In this document: one piece after another, positions 20,211 to 30,755 of the stretch | Position numbering within the stretch: position 1 is the first letter of the stretch | How the letters are laid out: each line of letters starts with the position of its first letter | Assembly: GCA_951812585.1 (NCBI GenBank) | Contig: OX638318.1 | Location: forward strand, 1,501,058 to 1,565,057 | DNA length: 64,000 nt | Direction: 5' to 3' | From: Rhodothermales bacterium | GTDB lineage: Bacteria > Bacteroidota > Rhodothermia > Rhodothermales > Bin80 | Made by a program: the position numbers and the translations under genes | Notes under the pieces: generated by a model | The model's input: the letters and a program-made list of their open reading frames with translations, nothing else | What the model was told of the DNA's origin: nothing | Databases searched by the model: none

Positions 20211-20630
20211 GTGATCTCTGCGCGTGAAGCGTGGCCGCGTGAAGCGCGCCTTAAACGCCGCCGGCTCATTCGCCCGCTCTTCGCACATGGGCGCAAGAGT
20301 CAGATCTCGATAGGCACGGTACGGCTCCTGTATCGCATCGTGCCGCAATCTCTGACAGGAACCAGCAGTCCGATCCAAGTAGGCTTTGCGGTCCGGCCTC
20401 AGCGAACGGCAGTGCGCCGCAACGCCATCCGACGCGTGCTGCGCGAAGCCTTTCGGACCAGTGCACAGCGTGCAGTGCTGCCCGTCATGCCCGGATACAC
20501 GCTTACGCTCATGGTGCTCTGCCGCAGCCCGGTCCGGAACAGGGTGCTGCGGTCAGATCTGGCCAAGGCTCTGGACATTCTCGTGGCAGCCCTAACTGGA
20601 AGCCAGTTTAGCATGAGCAGTGGATCGTAG
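20211..20630 (+). CDS. rnpA: Ribonuclease P protein component
   Basis: RLKRRRLIRPLF, VGFAV, AVRRNAIRRVLREAFR; between rpmH and yidC; start uncertain. Confidence 0.9.
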   Translation: MISAREAWPREARLKRRRLIRPLFAHGRKSQISIGTVRLLYRIVPQSLTGTSSPIQVGFAVRPQRTAVRRNAIRRVLREAFRTSAQRAVLPVMPGYTLTLMVLCRSPVRNRVLRSDLAKALDILVAALTGSQFSMSSGS

Positions 20631-22374
20631 CACTGTCATAGGAATGCTCCTGATGGTGGCGGTGCTCATCGTCTGGATGTATCTGTTGCCCACGCCGCCG
20701 CCGCCCGCGGAGATCGTGCCGGACACGACCATTACGGAGCAGGAAACACCCGTTTTGGCCGCACCGGAGGCGCAGCCTGCGCCGATGCAGGATTCCACTG
20801 TGGTGCTGACAGGCGAAGCGCGCACGATCACCGTGGTGACGCAGCGCTATGAGGCGGAGCTCTCCACCAAGGGGGGCACCCTTACGCGCATGTCTCTGCG
20901 CGAGTATAGGAAGTTCGACCAGGTCACGCCGGTGCAGCTGATCGGGGAAGTGCCTCCATTGGGGTTGCGGTTTCAGTCGCCGGGCGGGCGCAATCGCGAC
21001 ACCCGTGATCTGTACTTCGAGTCCAGCTTTGCGGGCGACCGTATAAACGTGGTGGACGCACCGCAGTCGCTGACTTTCACCACGCTTGCCAGCAGCGGTA
21101 CGATCCGCAAGACGTACACCTTCAACCCCGATTCCTACGAAGTAGGGCTCGAAGTTGAAATGATCAATGCGTCTTCGTTCCAGACCAGCGATGGTTACGA
21201 CCTGGTATGGGATTCGGCCTTGCCTTTCAGCGAGGATCCGCAGAACCGCAAGGAAGAGTCGCGCCAGGTGGGGGCCTGGGCGCGAAGCGGCGGCGAGGTG
21301 GAAGGGATCACGCTGGGCCGCAATGAAGCAGATGAAGCCACGCTGCGGGGGGATGTGTCGTGGATCGGCGTCAAGAACAAGTATTTCGCCGCTGTGGTGA
21401 TTCCCGATGCGCCGGCGCTGGAGGCCTATCTGGAGGGAGAGCGCTTCGGCGATGTAGATGATCCGGCCGTGCTCATGGACCTTTCGGCCAGCCTGTACAT
21501 GGGTGCGCCGCGTGCGGGCGGCGACGCATTCCGGCTGTACCTGGGCCCCTTGGATTACGGCAACATCCGGCACTATGACGGGCTGTACGGCATGGTGGAC
21601 TACGGCTGGGACGCATTCGAGTGGGTCGCGCGGCCCTTGGCGCGCATCGTCTTTATTCCGGCTTTTTCGCTGCTGAGCTCCTTCATTGCCAGTTACGGAC
21701 TGGTGATCATCGTCTTTTGCATGCTCATCAAGCTGCTGCTTTTCCCGATCACGCGCGTCTCTTACAAGTCCATGGCGGGCATGCGTGAGCTTGCCCCGCA
21801 GCTGCAAAAGATCAAAGAGAAGTACAAAGACAACCCGCAGAAGCAGCAGCAGGCGACCATGAAGCTGTACAAGGAAACGGGCATGAACCCGCTCAGCAGC
21901 TGCCTGCCGATGCTGCTTCAGTACCCCATCATCCTTGCGCTGTGGCAGTTTCTGCAGCAGTCCATTGAGATACGTCAGCAGAGCTTCTTGTGGGCACCGG
22001 ACCTGTCGGCACCCGACGCCATCTTGCAGCTGCCGTTCAGCATTCCTTTCTACGGAGACTATGTGGCGGGCTTCACGGTCCTGATGGGTCTGTCGCTGGT
22101 CGTCCAGATGCGCATCCAGTCCACGCCATCGAGCGGCATGCAGCAAAAGATCATGATGTACGGCATGCCGATCTTCATCTTTGTCATATTCAACAGGTTG
22201 CCGTCCGGGCTGAGCTTGTACTACCTTTGCTACAACGTATTTACGGCGATCCAGCAGCAGCTCATCAACAGGGGACAGAAGAAGAAAGCAGAAGCCCCCC
22301 GCAAAGGCGTGATCAAGAGCGCGCCAGCTTCAGCCAGGAAGGCTTCCAGGAAAGCCAAGCCGCGGCGGCGGTAG
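20620..22374 (+). CDS. yidC: Membrane protein insertase YidC
   Basis: N-terminal TM, periplasmic domain, YLGP, NPLSSCLPMLLQYPI, FLWAPDLSAPD, PSGLSLYY. Confidence 0.97.
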   Translation: MDRSTVIGMLLMVAVLIVWMYLLPTPPPPAEIVPDTTITEQETPVLAAPEAQPAPMQDSTVVLTGEARTITVVTQRYEAELSTKGGTLTRMSLREYRKFDQVTPVQLIGEVPPLGLRFQSPGGRNRDTRDLYFESSFAGDRINVVDAPQSLTFTTLASSGTIRKTYTFNPDSYEVGLEVEMINASSFQTSDGYDLVWDSALPFSEDPQNRKEESRQVGAWARSGGEVEGITLGRNEADEATLRGDVSWIGVKNKYFAAVVIPDAPALEAYLEGERFGDVDDPAVLMDLSASLYMGAPRAGGDAFRLYLGPLDYGNIRHYDGLYGMVDYGWDAFEWVARPLARIVFIPAFSLLSSFIASYGLVIIVFCMLIKLLLFPITRVSYKSMAGMRELAPQLQKIKEKYKDNPQKQQQATMKLYKETGMNPLSSCLPMLLQYPIILALWQFLQQSIEIRQQSFLWAPDLSAPDAILQLPFSIPFYGDYVAGFTVLMGLSLVVQMRIQSTPSSGMQQKIMMYGMPIFIFVIFNRLPSGLSLYYLCYNVFTAIQQQLINRGQKKKAEAPRKGVIKSAPASARKASRKAKPRRR

Positions 22375-22385
22375 CGCGCAGTGCC

Positions 22386-23729
22386 ATGACCGCTTCGGAT
22401 ACGATTGCGGCAATTGCCACGGCCCGCGGGAAAGCTGCTTTGGCCATCGTGCGCACCAGCGGCTCTCGGGCCCTTGCCATAGCATCGAAATGCTTCCAGG
22501 GCCAGGACCTGACACAGGCGACATCGCATACGCTTCATGTCGGCCTGTGGCAAGACAAAGCAGGCCGCACGGTTGACCAGGTCGTTTGTGCGGTGTACAG
22601 GGCCCCGCGCTCTTATACCGGCGAAGACATGGTGGAGGTGTCGTGTCACGGCGGCGACTATGTGGTGGCGCTCGTCCTCCAGAGCCTCTTGGCTGCGGGG
22701 GCGCGGCTGGCGGCTCCAGGCGAGTTTACGAAGCGCGCCTTCGTCAACGGGAAGCTGGACCTGGTGCAGGCCGAAGCGGTTGCCGACCTTATCCATGCCT
22801 CCTCTGCGCGTGCGCACCGGGCCTCGGTGGACAGCCTGCGGGGCCGCTACTCCCAAACGATAGAAGCGCTCCGCACGGCCCTGGTGGACATCTGTGCCCT
22901 GGCGGAACTGGAGATTGACTTCTCTGATGAAGACGTAGCATTTGCCGACCGCGAGACGCTTCGCCGGCTGCTGCAGGACACGCAGCGCCTTTTGGCGGAA
23001 GCCTTGGCCTCGTATGCCCTCGGTGAACTGGTTCGAGAAGGCGTACGTGTGGTGATCGCCGGACGCCCCAATGCCGGCAAGTCCACGCTATTGAATGCGA
23101 TACTGGGTGAGGACCGCGCCATCGTCAGTAGTGCGCCGGGGACCACGCGCGACACGGTGACGGCAGACAAAGAGATCGGAGGGCTATTATTTCGATTTAT
23201 TGATACGGCCGGCTTGCACAACACCACGGATGTTATCGAGGCCGAGGGCGTGCGTCGTTCGCGCGGTGCCATTAGGCGGGCCGACCTGGTGCTGTATGTC
23301 TACGACGTTACTGTGGGGTTTTCAGCGGGTGAGCGCGCGTTTGTTGATACCATCACGGATGCCCGGACGCTGGTGGTGGGCAACAAGGTGGATCTCGCAG
23401 GGTCTTGCGATGGCCTGGCCGTGTCCGCGCTCAAAGGACTCCGCGATGCGCAGGCCCTCGAGGTGCTGCGCGCAGCCATTGTCCGGGCCGTTGTGCAAGA
23501 CGATGTCGATGCGGTGCGCCTGGTGACGAGTGCGCGACACCATCAGCATCTCCGCAGCGCTTACGAGGCTGCCGGCCGCGCACTGGATGCACTGGACGCC
23601 GGTACGCCGGTCGATGTCTTCACGCTGGACCTTCGGGCCGCCTTGCACGAACTGGGCTGCATCACGGGGGCGATATCGAACGAGGAGGTGCTCGGCGCAA
23701 TCTTTTCGCGATTCTGCATCGGCAAGTAG
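22386..23729 (+). CDS. mnmE: tRNA modification GTPase MnmE
   Basis: DTIAAIAT, PGEFTKRAF.NGKLDL.QAEAV, GRPNAGKS, GTTRD, DTAG, FSRFCIGK; ATG 22386. Confidence 0.97.
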   Translation: MTASDTIAAIATARGKAALAIVRTSGSRALAIASKCFQGQDLTQATSHTLHVGLWQDKAGRTVDQVVCAVYRAPRSYTGEDMVEVSCHGGDYVVALVLQSLLAAGARLAAPGEFTKRAFVNGKLDLVQAEAVADLIHASSARAHRASVDSLRGRYSQTIEALRTALVDICALAELEIDFSDEDVAFADRETLRRLLQDTQRLLAEALASYALGELVREGVRVVIAGRPNAGKSTLLNAILGEDRAIVSSAPGTTRDTVTADKEIGGLLFRFIDTAGLHNTTDVIEAEGVRRSRGAIRRADLVLYVYDVTVGFSAGERAFVDTITDARTLVVGNKVDLAGSCDGLAVSALKGLRDAQALEVLRAAIVRAVVQDDVDAVRLVTSARHHQHLRSAYEAAGRALDALDAGTPVDVFTLDLRAALHELGCITGAISNEEVLGAIFSRFCIGK

Positions 23730-23816
23730 GGTGCAAGTAAGGTGCGGATCCGGTGCGAAGCCGGCGCGGAACCGCCGAGCATTCGTACGGATATATGTAG
23801 GCTTGGGCAAGGGCAT

Positions 23817-25703
23817 ATGACCGGTTATGACGTAGTGGTTGTAGGTGGCGGGCACGCCGGCACCGAAGCCGCCGCCGCGGCGGCGCGTATGGGAGCGAGC
23901 ACGCTGCTGATCACCATGAGCCTGGAGGCGTTGGGCCGCATGTCGTGCAACCCGGCAATCGGCGGCATCGGCAAGGGGCATATTGCCCGGGAGATCGACG
24001 CGCTGGGGGGTGTGATGGGGCTGGCCACGGACGCGGCAGGGATCCAGTTCAGGATGCTGAACCGTCGCAAGGGTCCAGCGGTGTGGGGGCCCCGGGCTCA
24101 ATGTGATCGCGTGGCCTACGCCAATGCGGTGCGCCAGGCGCTCGAGTCCGAGGAGCGGCTGCAGTTCAGGGCGGATGTGGTCACCCGCCTTGCCACAAGC
24201 GGTGGAAGCATCACGGGCGTAGAGACGCAGCTGGGTCAGCACATACCAGCGCGCGCCGTCATCTTGACCAGCGGCACCTTCATGAACGGCGTGGTGCATG
24301 TGGGCGAGAAGCAGTTCGGCGGCGGCCGTATGGGCGAGCGCGCCACGCGCGGCCTCACCGGAGATTTGCACCGTTTGGGGTTTGTGTCCGGCAGGCTGAA
24401 GACCGGCACGCCGCCGCGCATAGACGGACGCTCCCTGGACTACAGCCTGCTCAAGGAGCAGCCCGGGGACAAAGATCCCAGTCCGTTTTCCTATATGACG
24501 GACCGCTTGACTGACGATCAGCTTAGCTGCTGGCTTGCCTACACATCACCCGCGGTGCACGCCACGCTGCGCACGGGCTTTGATCGGAGCCCGATGTTTA
24601 TGGGTCGCATTGCGGGACGGGGGCCGCGCTACTGTCCATCGATAGAGGACAAGATTGACCGTTTTGCGGATAAGGACAGGCACCAGTTGTTCTTGGAGCC
24701 GGAGGGACGCCATACGTACGAGGTGTACGTCAATGGTTTTTCGACCAGCCTGCCTGAGTCTGTACAGCGCCGGGCGCTCCGGCAGGTGCCGGGGCTGGAA
24801 AAGTCACACATGCTGCGCCCTGGCTACGCCATAGAGTATGACTACTTTCCACCACACCAGCTGCAGTATTCCCTCGCAACCAAGCGGGTTGCGGGCCTGT
24901 TCTTTGCCGGTCAGATCAACGGCACTACAGGGTACGAGGAAGCGGCGGCTCAAGGGCTGATTGCTGGTATCAACGCTGTGCATTACCTGGATGCGCGGGA
25001 TCCGGTGGTCTTGCAACGTGCGCAGGCGTACATCGGCGTGCTCGTGGATGACCTCATCGCGAAAGGCACCGATGAGCCCTACCGTATGTTCACGTCGCGG
25101 GCGGAGCATCGCATACTGCTGCGGCAGGACAATGCGGACCTCCGCCTGACCGCGCTCGGCCGGTCACTGGGATTGGTGCGCGAGGCGCGCTATGCACGGA
25201 TGTGTGCCAAGCGGCGGGCGATAGCAGCCATGCAGCGTGCGCTGAAGCAGATCACGGTGCGGCCCGCGCAGGTCAACGAATACCTGGCGTCGGTAGGTAC
25301 GCGTCCGCTCAGTCAGCCGTTGCCGCTGGCCAAGGTCGCACTACGCCCGGAGGTTCGGCTCACAGAGCTTCTTAAGGCTGCCAATCAGTCCGCGCCGTTG
25401 CAGGCGTCCGGTATGGAGTGCGTGGAGGACCTGGTGGAGATCGATCTCAAGTACGCGGGCTATCTGCACCGCCAGGAGGAGGAGGCAAAGAAGGTGGCGC
25501 GTTTGGAGTCGTGGCGCATTCCGCGTGACTTTGACTACAACGGCACCTCCAATCTGAGCATGGAGGCGCGCGAAAAGCTTAGCCTGATACAGCCGCAAAC
25601 GTTAGGGCAGGCCTCGCGCATCAGCGGCGTAAGCCCGGCAGACGTTTCGGTGCTGATGGTCGTCTTGACAGCGGCGCGTGCGCATGAAGTGGCTCGCGCT
25701 TGA
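23817..25703 (+). CDS. mnmG: tRNA uridine-5-carboxymethylaminomethyl(34) synthesis enzyme MnmG (GidA)
   Basis: GGGHAG, MSCNPAIGG, GPRYCPSIEDK, GQINGTTGYEEAAAQG. Confidence 0.98.
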   Translation: MTGYDVVVVGGGHAGTEAAAAAARMGASTLLITMSLEALGRMSCNPAIGGIGKGHIAREIDALGGVMGLATDAAGIQFRMLNRRKGPAVWGPRAQCDRVAYANAVRQALESEERLQFRADVVTRLATSGGSITGVETQLGQHIPARAVILTSGTFMNGVVHVGEKQFGGGRMGERATRGLTGDLHRLGFVSGRLKTGTPPRIDGRSLDYSLLKEQPGDKDPSPFSYMTDRLTDDQLSCWLAYTSPAVHATLRTGFDRSPMFMGRIAGRGPRYCPSIEDKIDRFADKDRHQLFLEPEGRHTYEVYVNGFSTSLPESVQRRALRQVPGLEKSHMLRPGYAIEYDYFPPHQLQYSLATKRVAGLFFAGQINGTTGYEEAAAQGLIAGINAVHYLDARDPVVLQRAQAYIGVLVDDLIAKGTDEPYRMFTSRAEHRILLRQDNADLRLTALGRSLGLVREARYARMCAKRRAIAAMQRALKQITVRPAQVNEYLASVGTRPLSQPLPLAKVALRPEVRLTELLKAANQSAPLQASGMECVEDLVEIDLKYAGYLHRQEEEAKKVARLESWRIPRDFDYNGTSNLSMEAREKLSLIQPQTLGQASRISGVSPADVSVLMVVLTAARAHEVARA

Positions 25704-26394
25704 CGCATACGCAGAGGACCGGCTGCGAGCCTTCGAGGCGGCCTTCTGCAAGCTGAACCGCTATCACAACCTGGTGGCGCGTGGGGACGCTGTGCACTTC
25801 TGGGAGCGGCACATCATGCACTGTCTGGCACTCACGCGACGGCGCTTTGCGGCGGGTGCGCACATTGTGGACTGGGGTACCGGGGGCGGCTTGCCGGCGG
25901 TGCCGCTAGCCATTGTGCTGCCAGAGAACACCCTCACCGCGGTGGATTCGGTGCAAAGAAAGATCTGGGCCGTGCATCGCATACGGCGCGAACTCAGCTT
26001 GACCAATCTGCATACGTGGTGTGGCCGCGCAGAAGCGTGGACCGGGGAGGCTGCGTACAGTATCAGTCGGGCTGTTGCCCCGCTGGAGACGCTTTGGCGG
26101 TGGCATGCGCGCGTAGCCATTATGGCGCGCAGCAGTCGTGCGAACGTCAGCACGCGCGTGGATAAAGCGCAAAGCACGAGCCTTAGGCCCGCAGCTTCGC
26201 AAAGCGTAAATCGCGCCGACACATGGGAGCCAGGCCTGATCTGCCTTAAGGGTGGTGACTTATCTTCCGAAATAGCGGCGCTGCGCAGGGCCGACGCCGC
26301 GCTAATCATAGAGGTCTTGGCACTGGACGATTTAGGTCCCTGGTTCAGCCGCAAGGCTATCGTGCATGTTGCTTCACCGCGCGCGTTCTCATGA
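25684..26394 (+). CDS. rsmG: 16S rRNA m7G527 methyltransferase RsmG (GidB)
   Basis: DWGTGGGLP, GRAE, SRAVA, LKG; follows mnmG. Confidence 0.9.
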   Translation: MKWLALDAYAEDRLRAFEAAFCKLNRYHNLVARGDAVHFWERHIMHCLALTRRRFAAGAHIVDWGTGGGLPAVPLAIVLPENTLTAVDSVQRKIWAVHRIRRELSLTNLHTWCGRAEAWTGEAAYSISRAVAPLETLWRWHARVAIMARSSRANVSTRVDKAQSTSLRPAASQSVNRADTWEPGLICLKGGDLSSEIAALRRADAALIIEVLALDDLGPWFSRKAIVHVASPRAFS

Positions 26395-27368
26395 TCCAGG
26401 AAAGACGCCTCCTTAAGCGCGCCGAACGGCTCTTTGCCTTGGCGATGTATCTGAAGGGCAGCCGGACGGCGACCGCGGCGGTCCTGGCCGAACACTTTGG
26501 TGTCAGCGAGCGCACAATTTACCGAGACTTGCAAGCGCTAAGCAAGATCGGAGTCCCGCTAATACATGGGGACAAGACAGGCTACGCGATCCTTAAGGGC
26601 TACAGGCTGCCGCCCCTGATCCTCACGGCGCACCAGGCCGCCGCGGTGCTGATGGGCACGGAGTTTATCAAGCTGCGGTCGGATAAGGCAATGATCCAGG
26701 AAGCGGAAGAGGTCGCAGAAAAGATCCGCACCATACTGCCGCAGTCCATCAGGGAGTACATTGACAAACTGAACGAAGGCACGGCGCTGGATCCATACTG
26801 GCTGCACAAGGCGCCGGTGCACGGGTACTGGTCGATCCTCAGCGAAGCCATTGCGAAGCGTCGCGTGGTATGGATGGAGTATTTCGTACGCAGCCGCAAG
26901 GAGCGCACAGAGCGACAGGTCGATCCGCTGGGGTTGGTGTTCTACACCGATCACTGGAATCTGATTGCGTACGATCACCTCCGGCGCGAAATTCGGCAGT
27001 TTGCATTGGCGCACATACAGGACTTGAGCATGCTGTCAAGGCGTTTCACGCCGCCGGAAGGCTTTGAGCTCAAGCAGTACCTGAAGGAGCGCAGCGCTGA
27101 TCCGGCAGGCGAGCGGATTGAGATATGTTTTGCCGCTTCCGTCTACGACGAGGCGCGCAGCAGCATTCCCGCAATGCTGGAGCAGGAATGGGCCGATGAT
27201 GGCAGCGTCACGGTCGTATTCAGGTTTGACAACATGGCGTATCTCGCACAGCTTGTGCTGCGCTACGGTCTGCACGCCAGGGTGGTCGCTCCGGTGCACT
27301 TGCGGAAGCGTGTCCGTGCGCTGGCGTTGCGGGTGGCAGCCCAGTATGAGACAGACGAGGGCGAATAG
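26391..27368 (+). CDS. YafY-family HTH-WYL-WCX transcriptional regulator
   Basis: wHTH LAEHFGVSERTIYRDL; R.VDPLGL...HWNLIAYDHLRREIRQF (WYL); C-terminal ARVVAPVHLR. Confidence 0.92.
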   Translation: MIQERRLLKRAERLFALAMYLKGSRTATAAVLAEHFGVSERTIYRDLQALSKIGVPLIHGDKTGYAILKGYRLPPLILTAHQAAAVLMGTEFIKLRSDKAMIQEAEEVAEKIRTILPQSIREYIDKLNEGTALDPYWLHKAPVHGYWSILSEAIAKRRVVWMEYFVRSRKERTERQVDPLGLVFYTDHWNLIAYDHLRREIRQFALAHIQDLSMLSRRFTPPEGFELKQYLKERSADPAGERIEICFAASVYDEARSSIPAMLEQEWADDGSVTVVFRFDNMAYLAQLVLRYGLHARVVAPVHLRKRVRALALRVAAQYETDEGE

Positions 27369-27396
27369 GAGCCGCGCCGCGCATGCCTGCGGCTGC

Positions 27397-30300
27397 TCAT
27401 GCGTTAAGCTTTTCGAGCACCGCTACAGCATCGGCCAGTCTCGGCACCTCTTGCACGATCACGCGGGGCACCCCGCGCTTGGACTCTCTGAGGAAGTAGC
27501 GCAGGCCCAGGGCGCTTAATCGCTCCAGCAGGGGCTGGAAGCAGTGCTCCTTGAACTTGGGATCGTCCAGTGCCAGGTGCAGGAAGAGCCGCTGCTTGCG
27601 GTGCACTACGCGCGGCAGATGCAGCTGCTGCGCATAATGCCGCATCAGCATGACCCCAAACAGGTTGCGTGCTTCGCGCGGCCGCGGCCCAAAACGGTCC
27701 TTGATCTCCGCGCGAAGCTCCAGGATTGCTTCTTTCGAGGGCGCTTCGCTGAGCCGGCGATACAGTCCCAGCCGCTCCAGGTCGCTCTCGACATAGTGGC
27801 GTGGCAGTGAAGCTTCCGCTGCAGCGTCGGCCGTGGTATCGGTCGCCGCCGGCGCAGGGGCTTCCACCGCAAGTGACGGAAACTCGTCAGCCCGCAGCTC
27901 TCGCACCGCGTCGTCGAGAACCTTCTGGTACGTGTCATAGCCCAGATCGGCGATGAAGCCGCTCTGTTCGCCTCCCAGAACGTTGCCCGCGCCGCGAATG
28001 TCCAGGTCGCGCATGGCAATCTGAAAACCGCTGCCCAGTTCATTCAGTTGTTCCACGGCGCGTAACCGCTGACGTGCTTCACGTGTCAGCGCGTGGATGG
28101 ACGGCACCAGCAGATAGCAGAACGCCTTGCGATCACTCCGGCCCACGCGTCCCCGAAGCTGATGCAGTTCTGCGAGTCCGAACCGTTGCGCGTGGTGAAT
28201 GATCATCGTGTTGACGTTCGGAATGTCCAGGCCATTCTCAATGATTGTAGTGGACACCAGGACATCACACTTGTGATCGATGAACCCGGTCATCACGCGT
28301 TCCATGTCCGCCGCTTTCATCTGACCATGCGCAACCTGAAAGCGTACTCCCGGCACCAGATCGCGCAGCATGCCGGCGATGTCACCGATGGATCGCACGC
28401 GGTTGTGCACAAAGAAGACCTGGCCACCCCGGCTCACTTCGTACAGGATGGCGTCGCGGATGAGTCCAGTATCAAAGGAATGGATCTCGGTCTCAATGGA
28501 CTGCCGGTTGGGCGGAGCCGTATCAATGATGGACAAATCCCGCGCACCCATCAGGGAAAACTGCAGTGTGCGCGGGATCGGCGTCGCCGTCAGCGTGAGC
28601 GTGTCGACGTTTACGCGGAGCTGGCGCAGCCGCTCTTTGACGCCTACACCGAAGCGTTGCTCTTCATCTACGATGAGCAGTCCCAAGTCATTGAAATGAA
28701 CATCTTTAGATATGATGCGATGGGTGCCGATGAGAATGTCTACGGTGCCTTTTTTTAGTTGGTCCAGCAGGTCCCTCACGGCCTTGCCCGTCCGGTGGCG
28801 GGTGAGTACTTCAACCTTGACTGGAAACGGTTCCAGTCGCCGTGCAAACGTTTCCTGATGCTGTCGGGCCAGGACGGTGGTGGGCACGAGCACCGCCACC
28901 TGCTTTCCGTCCTGTACAGCCTTGAAGGCCGCGCGCACCGCAACCTCCGTCTTGCCGAAGCCTACATCGCCACAGAGCAGGCGGTCCATAGGCGCGGTCA
29001 TTTCCATGTCGCGCTTGACCACTTCCGTTGCAGCGAACTGGTCAGGGGTGTCTTCAAACGCAAACGAGGCTTCCATCTCGCGTTGCCAGATGGTATCAGC
29101 CGGGAAGCTGTGTCCTTTCGAGGCCTTTCGCTGGGCATAGAGCTTTATGAGGTCTCGGGCGATGTCCTTTATGCGTTTCTTGGTCTTGCGCTTTGACCGT
29201 TCCCACTGACCGGACCCGAGCTTGGTCAGTTTGGGCGTGTGGCCCTCTTTTCCGCTGTACTTGTGGAGCTTGTAGAGGGCGTTCACGTTGATGTAGAGCA
29301 CGTCGCCCTCTGCATAGTGCAGGCGGACTGCTTCCTGCTTTTTCCCGCGGACGGTAATGTTTCGGAAGCCTGCAAACTTTCCGACGCCGTAGTCGGTGTG
29401 CACGACGAAGTCTCCCGGCTGCAGGCGGCGGAGCTCGTGCAGCCGGATGCCGCCGTGTCTTTTGCGTTTGCGCGTAACAGGCCGGTGGTAGCGCCCGAAG
29501 ATTTGATGATCGGTATAGACCGCAAGTCGCGCCGCGGGGAGTTCAAAGCCTTCGTGCAAGGACTGCACGGAGAGCTTCAGGTGGCCGCGTGCCAGTGCTG
29601 ACTCCAAAAGGTCCGCCAGGCGATCTTTTTGCCCGCTGCTGTCGCAAAGGATGTGGGTGAAGACCGACTGCGCCGCGCTGTCGGCCAGGTGGCTGCGGAG
29701 GATTTTCATTTGCCGGTTGAAGGCCGGCTGCGGTCGGCTTGCGGCGGAGCATTGCGAAGCGCGCGAGGAGTCGACGAACGCACCGAAATGCAGTTGGGGC
29801 CGCTGCTCGAATGCAGCCTGCAAGGTATCGCCCGTGAGGTAGCGCAGCGCGGGTTGGGCAAGCGTGTCGGGCGACGCTAGTGCAGCGAAGCGGTCCTCAG
29901 CGGCGCTGAACCGTTCGTCCGCAAGGGCTGCATGGCGCAGGCTGTCGAAGTGCGCTATCAGCGTATTGTCCGCAAGGAAGTCAAACAGGGAGGAGTAGGC
30001 TGTGTCCGTTGCTGCGAAGCGTTCCAGGCGCGGCGCTATGCGCACAGCCTCCAGGTTACTGACAGACCGCTGAGAGGACGGGTCAAACTCGCGCAGTGAT
30101 TCTATTTCGTCTCCAAAAAACTCTATGCGGAAGGGATAGTCCCCAGAGAAGGAAAAGATATCCACGATGCCGCCGCGCCAGGCGATGTCCCCCGGCTGTT
30201 CGACAAACCGCACGCGCTCAAATCCCTGACCCATCAGGCTGTCGACGAGTTCGTGGGGCGCGGCCGTGTCGCCGACCTTTAGCGTACGCGACGCGCGGCG

Positions 30301-30729
30301 CAGGCTTGACCGCGTGGGGGTTCGCTCCACCAGCGCTGCAACACTGGTAACGATGATGCCGACAAAGCCTTCGCCTAGCTGCTGCAGCACATCGGCTCGC
30401 TGAACCAGGGTATAGATATGCGTGTCCTGCTCCTGATCATACGGCGTGCGGCCGCTGGGAGGGAAAAGCAGCAGGTGCCCGGTATCTCCGGCTATTTGCG
30501 CGAGGTCGCTGTGGAGATAGCGCGCACGATCCGCGTCCGGCAGTACGCAGAGCATGGTGCGACGCGTTGCGCTCCAGAGATGGTGCAGGATAAAGGCAGG
30601 CAGCGAGCCCGCGGCGTCGGCTATGTGGAGGGGTGCGGGCGATGCCTGTCGGCACCACTGGAGTGCCGCGCCGCAGAACGGCGCGGATGCAATGGCTTTA
30701 AGAACAGCGTTGAGCGGTGCGTCGTGCAC
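27397..30729 (-). CDS. mfd: Transcription-repair coupling factor
   Basis: RGGIVDIF, CarD-like VVHTDYGVGKF, GDVGFGKTEVA, DEEQRFGV, TATPIPRTL, QLRGRVGRS. Confidence 0.98.
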   Translation of the reverse strand: MHDAPLNAVLKAIASAPFCGAALQWCRQASPAPLHIADAAGSLPAFILHHLWSATRRTMLCVLPDADRARYLHSDLAQIAGDTGHLLLFPPSGRTPYDQEQDTHIYTLVQRADVLQQLGEGFVGIIVTSVAALVERTPTRSSLRRASRTLKVGDTAAPHELVDSLMGQGFERVRFVEQPGDIAWRGGIVDIFSFSGDYPFRIEFFGDEIESLREFDPSSQRSVSNLEAVRIAPRLERFAATDTAYSSLFDFLADNTLIAHFDSLRHAALADERFSAAEDRFAALASPDTLAQPALRYLTGDTLQAAFEQRPQLHFGAFVDSSRASQCSAASRPQPAFNRQMKILRSHLADSAAQSVFTHILCDSSGQKDRLADLLESALARGHLKLSVQSLHEGFELPAARLAVYTDHQIFGRYHRPVTRKRKRHGGIRLHELRRLQPGDFVVHTDYGVGKFAGFRNITVRGKKQEAVRLHYAEGDVLYINVNALYKLHKYSGKEGHTPKLTKLGSGQWERSKRKTKKRIKDIARDLIKLYAQRKASKGHSFPADTIWQREMEASFAFEDTPDQFAATEVVKRDMEMTAPMDRLLCGDVGFGKTEVAVRAAFKAVQDGKQVAVLVPTTVLARQHQETFARRLEPFPVKVEVLTRHRTGKAVRDLLDQLKKGTVDILIGTHRIISKDVHFNDLGLLIVDEEQRFGVGVKERLRQLRVNVDTLTLTATPIPRTLQFSLMGARDLSIIDTAPPNRQSIETEIHSFDTGLIRDAILYEVSRGGQVFFVHNRVRSIGDIAGMLRDLVPGVRFQVAHGQMKAADMERVMTGFIDHKCDVLVSTTIIENGLDIPNVNTMIIHHAQRFGLAELHQLRGRVGRSDRKAFCYLLVPSIHALTREARQRLRAVEQLNELGSGFQIAMRDLDIRGAGNVLGGEQSGFIADLGYDTYQKVLDDAVRELRADEFPSLAVEAPAPAATDTTADAAAEASLPRHYVESDLERLGLYRRLSEAPSKEAILELRAEIKDRFGPRPREARNLFGVMLMRHYAQQLHLPRVVHRKQRLFLHLALDDPKFKEHCFQPLLERLSALGLRYFLRESKRGVPRVIVQEVPRLADAVAVLEKLNA

Positions 30730-30755
30730 GGCAAGGGATCGTTGCAGATTCGTAT

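Noticed and set aside
26120..26225. Low-complexity insertion in RsmG containing CGTGGATAA
   Set aside because: In-frame loop expansion; a single imperfect DnaA box is not significant
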